Origin: an uncultured SAR86 cluster bacterium
Lineage (GTDB): Bacteria; Pseudomonadota; Gammaproteobacteria; Magnimaribacterales; AG-339-G14
Direction of reading: 5' to 3'
Assembly: GCA_902540995.1 (NCBI GenBank)
Contig: CACBOY010000005.1
Span: 19,449-83,448 of the forward strand
DNA length: 64,000 nt
Position numbers and translations under genes: made by a program. Positions 41,157-50,082 of the stretch are shown here, in pieces (positions within the stretch are counted from its first letter, which is position 1; every line of letters starts with the position of its first letter). Under the pieces are notes generated by a model. That model saw only the letters and a program-made list of their open reading frames with translations, ran no database searches and was not told the origin of the DNA.

Positions 41157-42195
41157 CCTTGTTTAATCTATAGTCAATCGCAATATCAACTTTTTCATTG
41201 TTATTTACGTAGTCCTGGCCAACAGTGATGATTCTTGAATTGAAAGGAAGACCAGTTACCCAAACACCTTCTTCTGTATCTTGAATTATTTCTACTGTAT
41301 AAAATTCCACAAGATTATCTTTATTAACTAATCTGACCCCAAGATTTCCTTCTGGATCTAATCTTAGAATCGATAGCGGAATGATATGAGCAGGCTCAGG
41401 AGTGGCCGATACAATTACTTTAGCAGTTTGACCATCTTTAATTCTTCCAGAGGGATTTGGAATGGAAATTTCAATATCAAAAGTATGCATCATTTCATCT
41501 GCAGATGCCGAGATGAAAGTAATTTGGCCCTGAAACTCTTGACCGTCATTTGTAATAACCCTTACGCTACTTTCTTTAGTAAGATCTAGAAGCTCATTTT
41601 CTGAAATATCTCCAGTTATCATCATGGGATCTAAATCTAACAGGGTGGCACAAGTAGAACCTCGATTTAAAAAGTCCCCGACATCTAGATCAATTTTATC
41701 CACTACGCCATCAAAAGGTGCTTTTATATTTGCATAATCCAACTCGAGTTTAGCCCTCTCATAATTTGACTTCGCATTTTGCAGTTGCTTTGAGGAATAT
41801 AGCTCTTCTTCAAATAGTTTTTTTGCAGAATTAAAATCCAATAAAGCTTTATCAAAATTTGCTTGCCTTTCAGCAACAAATAAAGAACAAATAACTTCAC
41901 CTTTTTTTACAAAAGTTCCTTGAGCAATAGGTAAATTAATAATCTTTCCTGAAGTTTCAGACTTAACCAAAACTTTTTTATCAGCCTTTGTAAATCCCTT
42001 GACTACAATTTCTTTGGAAAAATTTTCTGCCTTTTGGTCGATAACTCTTACTACAGGATCTTTTTTTTCAATCAAAGCAGGAGGACTGGGTTCTTGAACA
42101 AAAAACCCTGAGACCATCCATATAATAGCGAATCCAACAAAAAGAGATGCCCACTCTAAATTAGATCTTGTAAGAAGCCTTGAAACGATATCCAT
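41140..42195 (-). CDS. RND periplasmic adaptor (membrane fusion protein)
   Basis: N-terminal TM, lipoyl-like GTFVKKGEV and IKAPFDGVV, GVWVTGL, ITVGQDYV. Confidence 0.92.
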   Translation of the reverse strand: MDIVSRLLTRSNLEWASLFVGFAIIWMVSGFFVQEPSPPALIEKKDPVVRVIDQKAENFSKEIVVKGFTKADKKVLVKSETSGKIINLPIAQGTFVKKGEVICSLFVAERQANFDKALLDFNSAKKLFEEELYSSKQLQNAKSNYERAKLELDYANIKAPFDGVVDKIDLDVGDFLNRGSTCATLLDLDPMMITGDISENELLDLTKESSVRVITNDGQEFQGQITFISASADEMMHTFDIEISIPNPSGRIKDGQTAKVIVSATPEPAHIIPLSILRLDPEGNLGVRLVNKDNLVEFYTVEIIQDTEEGVWVTGLPFNSRIITVGQDYVNNNEKVDIAIDYRLNKDEIIN

Positions 42196-42226
42196 TAATT
42201 AATTCCCTTTCCTTTTATATAGAGGC

Positions 42227-42243
42227 GAGGGGCGATTATATCA
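42227..42243 (-). promoter_or_regulatory. Extended -10 promoter with GC-rich discriminator for the RND operon
   Basis: Minus strand reads TGA-TATAAT-CGCCCCTC; purine-rich SD-like AGGAAAGGG lies before the MFP ATG. Confidence 0.6.
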
Positions 42244-42251
42244 AGGAAAAC

Positions 42252-42851
42252 CTATAAATATTTCTTTTTTATGTTCTCCAATCTAGCTTTTTGTTTTCCT
42301 TTAGAAAGGGGTTTTTCGACAGATATTTCTTCTTTGAACACAGGCAAAAGGAGCAAGCTTTCTTTAAATTCACTCTCTTCTAATATTTCCTCATAGGCAT
42401 CTATGAATTCCTTTTTTATATCAAATTCGGATTCTGTTTTTAACCTATACCAGCCGACTTTCGCACCAGCATGATAAACAAATGGATGAGACCAATTGAA
42501 ATCTAATGGATTTGTTTCCCCCAAAGAACTTGCTTCAATGTAAGCAGTGTTTGAAGAAGGGATATTTTGTTCAAGAAGTTTTAATTCTTTAATCTGATTT
42601 AAAACTGCACTCAGAGATGGTAAATATTTTGAAGTTTCTATGATTTTGTCTATTGCTCGGAATACTATCTCATTTTGGTATTTTTCTAGCTTTGCGAGCC
42701 AAAGTTGCTTAGCTAAGGTTAAGGTTTCTTCATCTGGAAATGCTTTATGAAATTGATTGTGAAAGGTAATTTCTAATTCGGCAAAAATAAGATTAATAAG
42801 CTCTACTTGGCTTTTAGGTATTTTAATTTTTGAAGTTAACTGCCCACTCAT
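42252..42851 (-). CDS. Lambda replication protein P-like helicase loader
   Basis: INLIFAEL..F..AF..L..AKQLW, YLPS, AY.EA, WSHPFVYHAG..GWY resemble the phage lambda P family. Confidence 0.75.
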   Translation of the reverse strand: MSGQLTSKIKIPKSQVELINLIFAELEITFHNQFHKAFPDEETLTLAKQLWLAKLEKYQNEIVFRAIDKIIETSKYLPSLSAVLNQIKELKLLEQNIPSSNTAYIEASSLGETNPLDFNWSHPFVYHAGAKVGWYRLKTESEFDIKKEFIDAYEEILEESEFKESLLLLPVFKEEISVEKPLSKGKQKARLENIKKKYL

Positions 42852-43779
42852 GATCTTTCAATCTTGATAATACATTTTTTGTATTCCCATGTTTAGCTTT
42901 CCATTTAAATTTTACGTGTTGGATGAACTTTGAGTTCCAGCAATTTCGCATTTCTTTTGTCTCCAGCCAATAAAGTTTAAATTCTGGTATTTGAGATATG
43001 GCAAAACTTTTATTTATCTTAGCTAAACTCAAAACGTCAAAACAATCTTCCGAAGGTTTCCAATCTTTATTCATCCTAGTTGGTTTCTTCACCATAGAAA
43101 TCAAATTTTGATACCTGACCCATTGATTTTTAATGTGATTGAGAAATTTAGTATTCCAGGAATCAGAGGCAGTATTCCTTTCGCTCCAATACAAAATAAA
43201 TTCTGGCAAGGCATCAACGATAAATTTTTCCTCAATTTCGGCATGTTTTAAAATTTGTAATGCTTCTTTGGAGGGTTTCCAGTTTTTTTGAATTGGTTTC
43301 ATTTTTGATGCTTTATTTAAGCTTTCTTCTTCTGCTCTCCATTCTTTTAAAAGATATTTAAGAAACTTATAGTCCCAAGAAAAGCTTTTATCCTTTCGAT
43401 CAGACCAATAAGCTCTAAATTCAGGTAGTTTATTTCTAATGAAGTCCTCCGAAATGCCAAGACTTTTGGCTTCTTTCAAAATATTGTTTGAAGGAAGGTA
43501 TCCCTTGGAAATATTTTGCTTTCTTTCTGGGATAGTTTCTTTACTTTTGGATTTCAAACAAAAAGTCTCTCTCGATGTTTCTTCGATTAATTTAAGCTTA
43601 AGAAGTTTCTTTAAGACTTTATGAACTTCCTTATTTTCAATAAATGAAAGTTTGTCTAATAGCTGAGTTAAGTTTTGTTTTTTTTCAGACTTAAATATCT
43701 GCAGGACAATTGCTTCATATAGACCAATGCTAGATGCAATTTCTTTATCAAAATTTAATAAATTTGTTTTTCTTGACAT
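42823..43779 (-). CDS. DnaT-like ssDNA-binding repeat protein / phage-type replication initiator
   Basis: N-terminal IASSIGLYEAIVLQ (initiator wHTH-like); three 73-aa repeats PEF..YW..W..KF..W; C-terminal LKDHEWA. Start placed at ATG 43779, just after the aroG stop. Confidence 0.75.
   Translation of the reverse strand: MSRKTNLLNFDKEIASSIGLYEAIVLQIFKSEKKQNLTQLLDKLSFIENKEVHKVLKKLLKLKLIEETSRETFCLKSKSKETIPERKQNISKGYLPSNNILKEAKSLGISEDFIRNKLPEFRAYWSDRKDKSFSWDYKFLKYLLKEWRAEEESLNKASKMKPIQKNWKPSKEALQILKHAEIEEKFIVDALPEFILYWSERNTASDSWNTKFLNHIKNQWVRYQNLISMVKKPTRMNKDWKPSEDCFDVLSLAKINKSFAISQIPEFKLYWLETKEMRNCWNSKFIQHVKFKWKAKHGNTKNVLSRLKDHEWAVNFKN
42892..43521 (-). repeat. Three tandem 73-aa (219-nt) protein-domain repeats
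   Basis: In the 332-aa ORF, PEF at aa 133/206/279, YW at 138/211/284, KF at 152/225/298 and W at 161/234/307. Confidence 0.9.
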
Positions 43780-43783
43780 AAAC

Positions 43784-44854
43784 TTAGGCGGAACGCTTAA
43801 GTTTTTCTCTCCTTGCATCAACTGCTTTAGCTAAAAGTTTTAGCATTACTTCAGTATCTTTCCAACTGACGCAAGCATCGGTAACACTTTGACCATATTT
43901 AAGGTTTTTAAGAGAATCTATTTTTTGGTTGCCTTCCTCAAGGTTACTCTCAATCATGACTCCAAAAATACTTTGATCACCTGATGCAATTTGATCAGAA
44001 ATATCTTTATTCACAATGAGTTGTTTTTTGAACTGTTTTTGACTGTTTCCATGAGACATATCAACCATAATTTTTTGAGTTAAATTAGAGCTTTTCAAAT
44101 CCTCATTAACTTTTTGTATATCTTTTTTTGAATAATTTGGGGTCTCTCCACCTCTTAGTATGACGTGACAATCTTTATTTCCAGAGGAATTGAAAATAGC
44201 AGATTTTCCTTCTTTTGTGATGGAAAGAAAAATATGGCTATTTGAAGATGAACCAATCGCATCCAAGGCAACCTGAATAGAGCCGTTGGTAGAATTTTTA
44301 AATCCAACGGGACAAGACAACCCTGAGGCTAACTCTCTATGTATTTGGCTTTCAGTGGTTCTAGCGCCAATTGCACCCCACGAAATCAAGTCTGAAATAT
44401 ATTGAGGAGTTATCATATCCAAAAACTCAGTACCTGCAGGCAAACCCAACTCGTTAATCTTTAACAAAAGCTTTCTAGCTACCTTAAGCCCTTTATTCAC
44501 ATCATAACTATTATTTAAGTCAGGATCATTAATGAGACCTTTCCAACCCACAGTCGTTCTTGGTTTTTCAAAATAAACTCTCATGATAATTTTGAGTTGG
44601 TCTTTTAGATCTTTTTCGAGAGTTTTAAGTTTTTTAGCATACTCGATTGCAGCTTTGGGATCGTGAATAGAGCAAGGGCCAACAACCACAACCAATCTAT
44701 CCTCATTCCCATGAAGGATGTCTGAAATTTCATTTCTGGAGTTGAACACAAGCTCCGAAACCTTTTCTGAAATTGGAAGTTTTTCAATAACTTCTACAGG
44801 TGGAGACACCTCCATCATCCCTGTTATTCTGGTATTATCCGTTAAATATTTCAT
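43784..44854 (-). CDS. aroG: DAHP synthase, class I-alpha (AroG/AroF/AroH family)
   Basis: GPCSIHD, RVYFEKPRTTVGWKG, IGARTTESQ, GFKN, DMSHGNS, SVTDAC; paralog identity not resolved. Confidence 0.9.
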   Translation of the reverse strand: MKYLTDNTRITGMMEVSPPVEVIEKLPISEKVSELVFNSRNEISDILHGNEDRLVVVVGPCSIHDPKAAIEYAKKLKTLEKDLKDQLKIIMRVYFEKPRTTVGWKGLINDPDLNNSYDVNKGLKVARKLLLKINELGLPAGTEFLDMITPQYISDLISWGAIGARTTESQIHRELASGLSCPVGFKNSTNGSIQVALDAIGSSSNSHIFLSITKEGKSAIFNSSGNKDCHVILRGGETPNYSKKDIQKVNEDLKSSNLTQKIMVDMSHGNSQKQFKKQLIVNKDISDQIASGDQSIFGVMIESNLEEGNQKIDSLKNLKYGQSVTDACVSWKDTEVMLKLLAKAVDARREKLKRSA

Positions 44855-44883
44855 TTGACCGTTGATTTTATCTCTTCTAAATT
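44855..44883 (+). promoter_or_regulatory. Putative sigma70 promoter of nadE
   Basis: TTGACC (44855-44860), 17 nt, TAAATT (44878-44883). Confidence 0.45.
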
Positions 44884-44906
44884 TAAATTAAAGCTTAAAT
44901 TAGGCA

Positions 44907-46520
44907 ATGTACAAAATAAAATTAATTCAAGAAAACCCAAAAGTTGGTGATATTCAGGGTAATTTAGACCTTGCCAAGTCACATATTACTGAAGCTAAAG
45001 AGAAGGGTTTAGATCTGATCATATTCTCTGAAATGTTTTTAACAGGCTATCCGCCTGAAGATTTACTTTTAAGGCAAGATTTTTTGGATGAAAGCGAGAG
45101 ATGTTGCAAAGAGCTTGAAGGGTTATCAAAAGAAATCTCTATAATTATTGGATGTCCTTCTCGTGAAGGAGAAAATATTTTTAACTCGGCACTTTTTTAT
45201 CAAAATGGAAAAATTGTTAAAAATTACAAAAAGCAAATCCTTCCTAATTACAAAGAATTCGATGAAAAAAGATACTTTTTGAAAGGCGAAGCCCATGAAG
45301 TTTTTGAAGATGGAGGCCTTAAGTTTGGCATTTCCATTTGTGAGGACATTTGGAATGCAGATTTTACAAAAGAAGTATGCAATCAAGACATAGACTTGCT
45401 GATAAATTTAAGTGCATCGCCTTTTACTTTAGATAAAAAAAATCTTAGGGAAGAAATGCTTTGCAATTATTTTACTAAATTTAAAAAACCAATAATTTAT
45501 GTGAATCAAGTGGGCGGACAAGACGAGCTCGTATTTGATGGAAGTTCTTTGGTAGTCGATTCAAAGGATACTGTGAAGCGTTTGAAAAGTTTTGAAACAG
45601 ATCAGGCCGTTATTGAAATAGAGGACAATAATATTTCAACAAGCTTAAAAGGAGATCAAATAAGCAAAGTAGGAGACATATCTGATATTTATAAAGCTTT
45701 GGTTTTAGGAACTAGAGACTATGTTCAAAAAAATAACTTTAAAGGAATATTAATTGGTTCATCCGGAGGCATTGATTCAGCTCTAACTGCCGCAATAGCA
45801 TCTGATGCATTAGGGCCCGAAAAGGTCAATACAGTTATGATGCCTTTTAAATACACCGCGGACATAAGTGTTGAAGATGCTCAACAGCTAGCAGAGAATC
45901 TTGGTTTCACCCATGAGGTAGTTCCCATATCAGAGATGTTTTCTGCATTTAAAAATTCTTTGGATGGAAAATTAGAGCCAAGAGAATTTGATAAAACCGA
46001 AGAAAATCTCCAATCAAGGTGTAGAGGAGTTACGCTAATGGCTCTTTCCAATAATTTGGGCTATCTAGTTCTTACAACAGGAAATAAAAGCGAAGCAGCT
46101 GTGGGTTATTCAACTTTATATGGCGATACTGCCGGAGGGTTTTCTGTACTAAGAGATGTTTACAAAACAACCGTATATGATTTAGCCAGATACAGAAATT
46201 CCCTTAGCAAAGCGATCCCTCAGAGAATAATTGATAGAGAGCCTAGCGCTGAGCTGTCAGAGGATCAGAAAGACAGTGATTCACTGCCAACTTACGATTT
46301 GCTTGATCCAATTATTGAAGCATATGTTGAGGACGACAAAACCAAAAAAGAAATTATTGACTCAGGTTTTAACTCAGAAGACGTAGAAAAGGTTATAGAT
46401 TTAATCAATTTAAATGAGTACAAAAGAAGGCAAGTACCTCTTGGAATAAAGATTTCCGCTAGAAATTTTGGCAAAGACAGAAGATATCCAATCACTAACT
46501 TCTGGAAAAACAATATATAG
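44907..46520 (+). CDS. nadE: Glutamine-dependent NAD+ synthetase
   Basis: Nitrilase-like domain (E, K, ICEDIW), SGGIDS, TGNKSE, YSTLYGD, EYKRRQ. Confidence 0.96.
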   Translation: MYKIKLIQENPKVGDIQGNLDLAKSHITEAKEKGLDLIIFSEMFLTGYPPEDLLLRQDFLDESERCCKELEGLSKEISIIIGCPSREGENIFNSALFYQNGKIVKNYKKQILPNYKEFDEKRYFLKGEAHEVFEDGGLKFGISICEDIWNADFTKEVCNQDIDLLINLSASPFTLDKKNLREEMLCNYFTKFKKPIIYVNQVGGQDELVFDGSSLVVDSKDTVKRLKSFETDQAVIEIEDNNISTSLKGDQISKVGDISDIYKALVLGTRDYVQKNNFKGILIGSSGGIDSALTAAIASDALGPEKVNTVMMPFKYTADISVEDAQQLAENLGFTHEVVPISEMFSAFKNSLDGKLEPREFDKTEENLQSRCRGVTLMALSNNLGYLVLTTGNKSEAAVGYSTLYGDTAGGFSVLRDVYKTTVYDLARYRNSLSKAIPQRIIDREPSAELSEDQKDSDSLPTYDLLDPIIEAYVEDDKTKKEIIDSGFNSEDVEKVIDLINLNEYKRRQVPLGIKISARNFGKDRRYPITNFWKNNI

Positions 46521-46592
46521 ACAATTTTTTACCTAAAAACACAATATTTTGTGTAATTTAGGCTTTTTAAACTATAATTGCTCTTTAATATT

Positions 46593-47408
46593 ATGAAAAA
46601 AGAGCAGGAAAAAAACCCGAGGCAATCGGAGTTTAATCTAGCTACGGTTAATGGTGAGCAAATATTACTTCCTCACGACGACCTTTATATCCCACCAAAT
46701 GCACTTAAAATTTTTCTTGAATCGTTTGAAGGTCCTTTGGACCTTCTTCTTTATTTCATCAGAAAACAAAATTTAGATATTCTTGATATCAATGTCGCTG
46801 AAATTACAAACCAGTACGTTGAGTACATTGAATTAATGGAAAAATTGCAGTTTGATCTCGCTGGAGAGTATCTCCTGATGGCAGCATATTTAACTGAAAT
46901 AAAGTCCAGAATGATGTTGCCAGTTGAGACGGCTGAAGACGAACTGGAAGATGATCCAAGAGCAGAACTTATAAAAAGACTGCAAGAATATGAGCGCTTC
47001 AAAACAGCGTCTATGAAAATTGAGTCCATGCCAAGGATAAACAGAGATTTTTTCCCAGCAAGTACAGCTCTTCCCGAGTTTGAATCTAAAGAGGCTCTGC
47101 CATCTTTAGAATTAGAGAAATTATCAAATATTTTTTATGAGCTATTAGAAAAACAAAAACTTAGAGGCAGTCACATTATCGAGTTTGAAAAACTTTCTAC
47201 TAGAGAAAAAATGTCCAATGTCTTGGAACTGTTGGTAAGTGAGAACTTTTTGGAATTTTACAATCTTTACAAAAAAGTCGATGGAAAGCTTGGCTTAATC
47301 GTAACTTTTTTAGCTGTTTTAGAGTTAGTAAAAGACTCAATGATTCAATTGGTTCAATCAGATTCTTTTGGCCCAATACACGTCAAAGCGAAGGATAAGG
47401 TGCATTGA
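46593..47408 (+). CDS. scpA: Segregation and condensation protein A
   Basis: FEGPLDLLL, AGEYLLMAA, DPRAEL, VTFLAVLEL. Start moved to ATG 46593; TTGTGT-18-TATAAT upstream. Confidence 0.95.
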   Translation: MKKEQEKNPRQSEFNLATVNGEQILLPHDDLYIPPNALKIFLESFEGPLDLLLYFIRKQNLDILDINVAEITNQYVEYIELMEKLQFDLAGEYLLMAAYLTEIKSRMMLPVETAEDELEDDPRAELIKRLQEYERFKTASMKIESMPRINRDFFPASTALPEFESKEALPSLELEKLSNIFYELLEKQKLRGSHIIEFEKLSTREKMSNVLELLVSENFLEFYNLYKKVDGKLGLIVTFLAVLELVKDSMIQLVQSDSFGPIHVKAKDKVH

Positions 47409-47412
47409 GAGT

Positions 47413-47988
47413 ATGGACAACTTATCTCTAATTATTGAGGCCTTACTTTTTTCTTCTTCAAGACCTCTGAGCGAAAAAGAAATATTGTCTGCTTTTGACT
47501 TAAGAAGCCCTCCAACATCTAACGAAATAAAGAAAGCTTTGAAATCCATTGAAGAAAAATATTCAGAAAATTCAATTGAATTAGTAAAAGTTTCTAGTGG
47601 CTATCGTCTTAGAATAAGACAAGAGTATTCTCCTTGGGTGGCAAAATTATGGGAAGCTAAACCTCAAAAATATTCTCGAGCGCTTTTGGAAACTTTAGCT
47701 TTGATAGCCTATAAACAACCTATTACCAGAGGAGAAATTGAAGAGGTAAGAGGAGTTTCTGTTAGCAGTCAAATCATCAGAACTCTTTTGGATAGATCTT
47801 GGATCAAAGTTGTGGGACATAGAGATGTGCCTGGAAGACCAGCATTATTCTCAACAACAAAGGATTTTTTAGATGATTTAAATCTGTCTAAACTTTCTGA
47901 TTTACCAGAGTTACCTGAAATTCAAAATATTCCTGAGGAAGCCCAAATTTCCCTTTTGGATGAACCTCCTCCAAGCAATTCAGAATAG
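47413..47988 (+). CDS. scpB: Segregation and condensation protein B
   Basis: IEALLF, YSRALLETLALIAYKQPITRGEIE, PGRPAL; start moved to ATG 47413. Confidence 0.95.
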   Translation: MDNLSLIIEALLFSSSRPLSEKEILSAFDLRSPPTSNEIKKALKSIEEKYSENSIELVKVSSGYRLRIRQEYSPWVAKLWEAKPQKYSRALLETLALIAYKQPITRGEIEEVRGVSVSSQIIRTLLDRSWIKVVGHRDVPGRPALFSTTKDFLDDLNLSKLSDLPELPEIQNIPEEAQISLLDEPPPSNSE

Positions 47989-47993
47989 AAGCG

Positions 47994-48698
47994 TTGTCTA
48001 AAGAAAGGATTCAAAAAATATTAGCTCAAAACGGATACTCATCAAGAAGAAAAGTAGAAAGTCTAATTAAGGAGGGTAGGGTATTCATCAATGATATACA
48101 GGCTAAGTTGGGAGATAAAATCTCTTCTGAGGATAAAGTTTATATCGATGGCAAATTAATAAACATTCCGGAAAGAATTTCATCCGAACTATTAATGTAT
48201 AACAAACCAGTTGGAGAAGAATGTTCACATGCATCGTTAAAGAGAACCATATTTGAGAATTTACCTAAACCAAAATCAGGAAAATGGATATCTATAGGAA
48301 GATTGGATATCAATACCAGCGGACTACTGTTAATCACAAATGATGGAAAGTTAGCAAATGACATAATTCATCCATCTAATGAAATTGAAAGAGAATACAT
48401 TGTCAGAGTTCGAGGCAAACCCTCGGATTCAAATCTCAAAAAATTAATGTCAGGCATTACAATTGATAAAGAAAAAGTTTTATTTACTGACTTGGTAAAG
48501 GGTAAGGAAACTTCGTCTCATACTTGGTTTGCTTTGGTAATCATGTCTGGCAAAAACAGATCTGTAAGAAAGTTATGGGATTCAATAGGTCATGAAGTAT
48601 CTAGGCTAAAGAGAGTAAGACTAGGAAAGTTATTCCTACCGAAAGATCTTAAGGAAGGAAAGTTCAAAAGAATTAGTCCTGATGAAGTATTAGGTTAA
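47994..48698 (+). CDS. rluB: 23S rRNA pseudouridine synthase (RluB family)
   Basis: S4 domain RIQKILA..SRR, GRLDINTSGLL, VSRLKRVR; follows scpAB. Confidence 0.88.
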   Translation: MSKERIQKILAQNGYSSRRKVESLIKEGRVFINDIQAKLGDKISSEDKVYIDGKLINIPERISSELLMYNKPVGEECSHASLKRTIFENLPKPKSGKWISIGRLDINTSGLLLITNDGKLANDIIHPSNEIEREYIVRVRGKPSDSNLKKLMSGITIDKEKVLFTDLVKGKETSSHTWFALVIMSGKNRSVRKLWDSIGHEVSRLKRVRLGKLFLPKDLKEGKFKRISPDEVLG

Positions 48699-49348
48699 AT
48701 ATAGTCTATTAAATCTTTTATTTTATTTATTTTTGAGGTTGGCTTCAAAAGAGAAGCGTCTTTTTCATCTATGTAACCATACAAAGCAAGCGCGGAGTCG
48801 ATCCCTGAATTATTTGCTGCTTCTATATCTCGCCAATTATCTCCAACATAAATTGATTGCTCTTTTTTTATAGATGTTTTTGCTAAAGCTGCATCTAAAC
48901 TTGCTGGATCTGGTTTTCTTTTACCATTTACATCTTCTGGGGAAACCATTGCCATTGCGTATTTATGCCATTCAAATTTTTGACAAATTTCTTCAAAGAA
49001 CCTTTTAGGCTTATTAGTTACGATCATCCAATCAATCTTGTTTTTGGATAATTTATAAAGAAATTCATCTACGCCCGGAAAAGTCTTAGAAAGAAGATAG
49101 TTCTTTTGATATTCAGCCAATAGATCATTTCTTAATCCTTCAAGTTCAGAATGATTTTCGTCAATAATGAAGCTATCTTGAACCAATCTTCCTACACCAT
49201 CAGAGACTCTGTTTCTGACAAAATCATAAGAAACTGTCTTCTTTTTATTTTTTTTTAATAATTCATTTAGACAACTTAAGAACTCTGGTGCTGTATCTAA
49301 AAGAGTGCCATCTAGATCAAATAAAAAACATTTATATTTTTTTTGCAT
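48695..49348 (-). CDS. HAD phosphatase (Gph/MupP-like)
   Basis: FDLDGTLLD, TNK, KPDP, YVGD..RD; downstream of ubiG. Confidence 0.85.
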   Translation of the reverse strand: MQKKYKCFLFDLDGTLLDTAPEFLSCLNELLKKNKKKTVSYDFVRNRVSDGVGRLVQDSFIIDENHSELEGLRNDLLAEYQKNYLLSKTFPGVDEFLYKLSKNKIDWMIVTNKPKRFFEEICQKFEWHKYAMAMVSPEDVNGKRKPDPASLDAALAKTSIKKEQSIYVGDNWRDIEAANNSGIDSALALYGYIDEKDASLLKPTSKINKIKDLIDYI

Positions 49349-50024
49349 GAATCAGATAATTAACATCTACATTTTTGCCTAGCCAATAATTTTTAGTCAG
49401 GGGGTTGTAACTCATACCAGTTAATTCTTTGATAGAAAGGCCATTATTTTCCATCATTTGTATAAGCTCAGATGGCTTTATAAATTTTTCATATTCATGA
49501 GTTCCTTTAGGTAATAAATTCAAAATATATTCTGCCCCAACAATCGCAAAAAGAAATGACTTTGGATTTCTATTTATAGTTGAAAAGAAAATATCACCAT
49601 TTTTTTTGCAAAGATTGGAACATGTTTTTACCAGTTGATTAGGATCAGGAACATGTTCAATAGCTTCGAGACAAGTTACAACATCAAAATGTCCGTTTTT
49701 TTCAGGAAGTAAATTTTCTGCTTCTCCCAAAATATAGTTGATATCAATATTCTCTTTGTTGGCATGATTTTGAGCTGTATGAATGGCAACATCCGATATA
49801 TCTACTCCAGATAGGTTACCTCCTTTAAGTGACAATGCTTCTGCTAACAAACCACCACCGCAGGCAACATCAAGAATTTGCTTATTTTTTAGTTCAGTTC
49901 TTTCAGCAATATAATTAGCCCTGAGAGGATTGATTTTGTGTAAAGGAGCAAATTTCCCAGACGGATCCCACCATTCTTCAGCTATTTTATTGAATTTCTC
50001 TTTTTCTTTTGGGTCGATATTCAT
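49332..50024 (-). CDS. ubiG: Ubiquinone biosynthesis O-methyltransferase
   Basis: WWDPSG..PLHKINPLR, LDVACGGG, EHVPDP, STINR, LPKGTH. Confidence 0.96.
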   Translation of the reverse strand: MNIDPKEKEKFNKIAEEWWDPSGKFAPLHKINPLRANYIAERTELKNKQILDVACGGGLLAEALSLKGGNLSGVDISDVAIHTAQNHANKENIDINYILGEAENLLPEKNGHFDVVTCLEAIEHVPDPNQLVKTCSNLCKKNGDIFFSTINRNPKSFLFAIVGAEYILNLLPKGTHEYEKFIKPSELIQMMENNGLSIKELTGMSYNPLTKNYWLGKNVDVNYLIHAKKI

Positions 50025-50082
50025 TTGCCTATCATTATGTTAGATTTATACTGCTTTTCAAATTAAAGTCTAAGAATCTTAT

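Noticed and set aside
42252-43821. Prophage remnant interpretation of the O/P-like genes
   Set aside because: No integrase, att repeats, structural or lysis genes, or compositional shift. The ORFs are intact and embedded in a housekeeping run.
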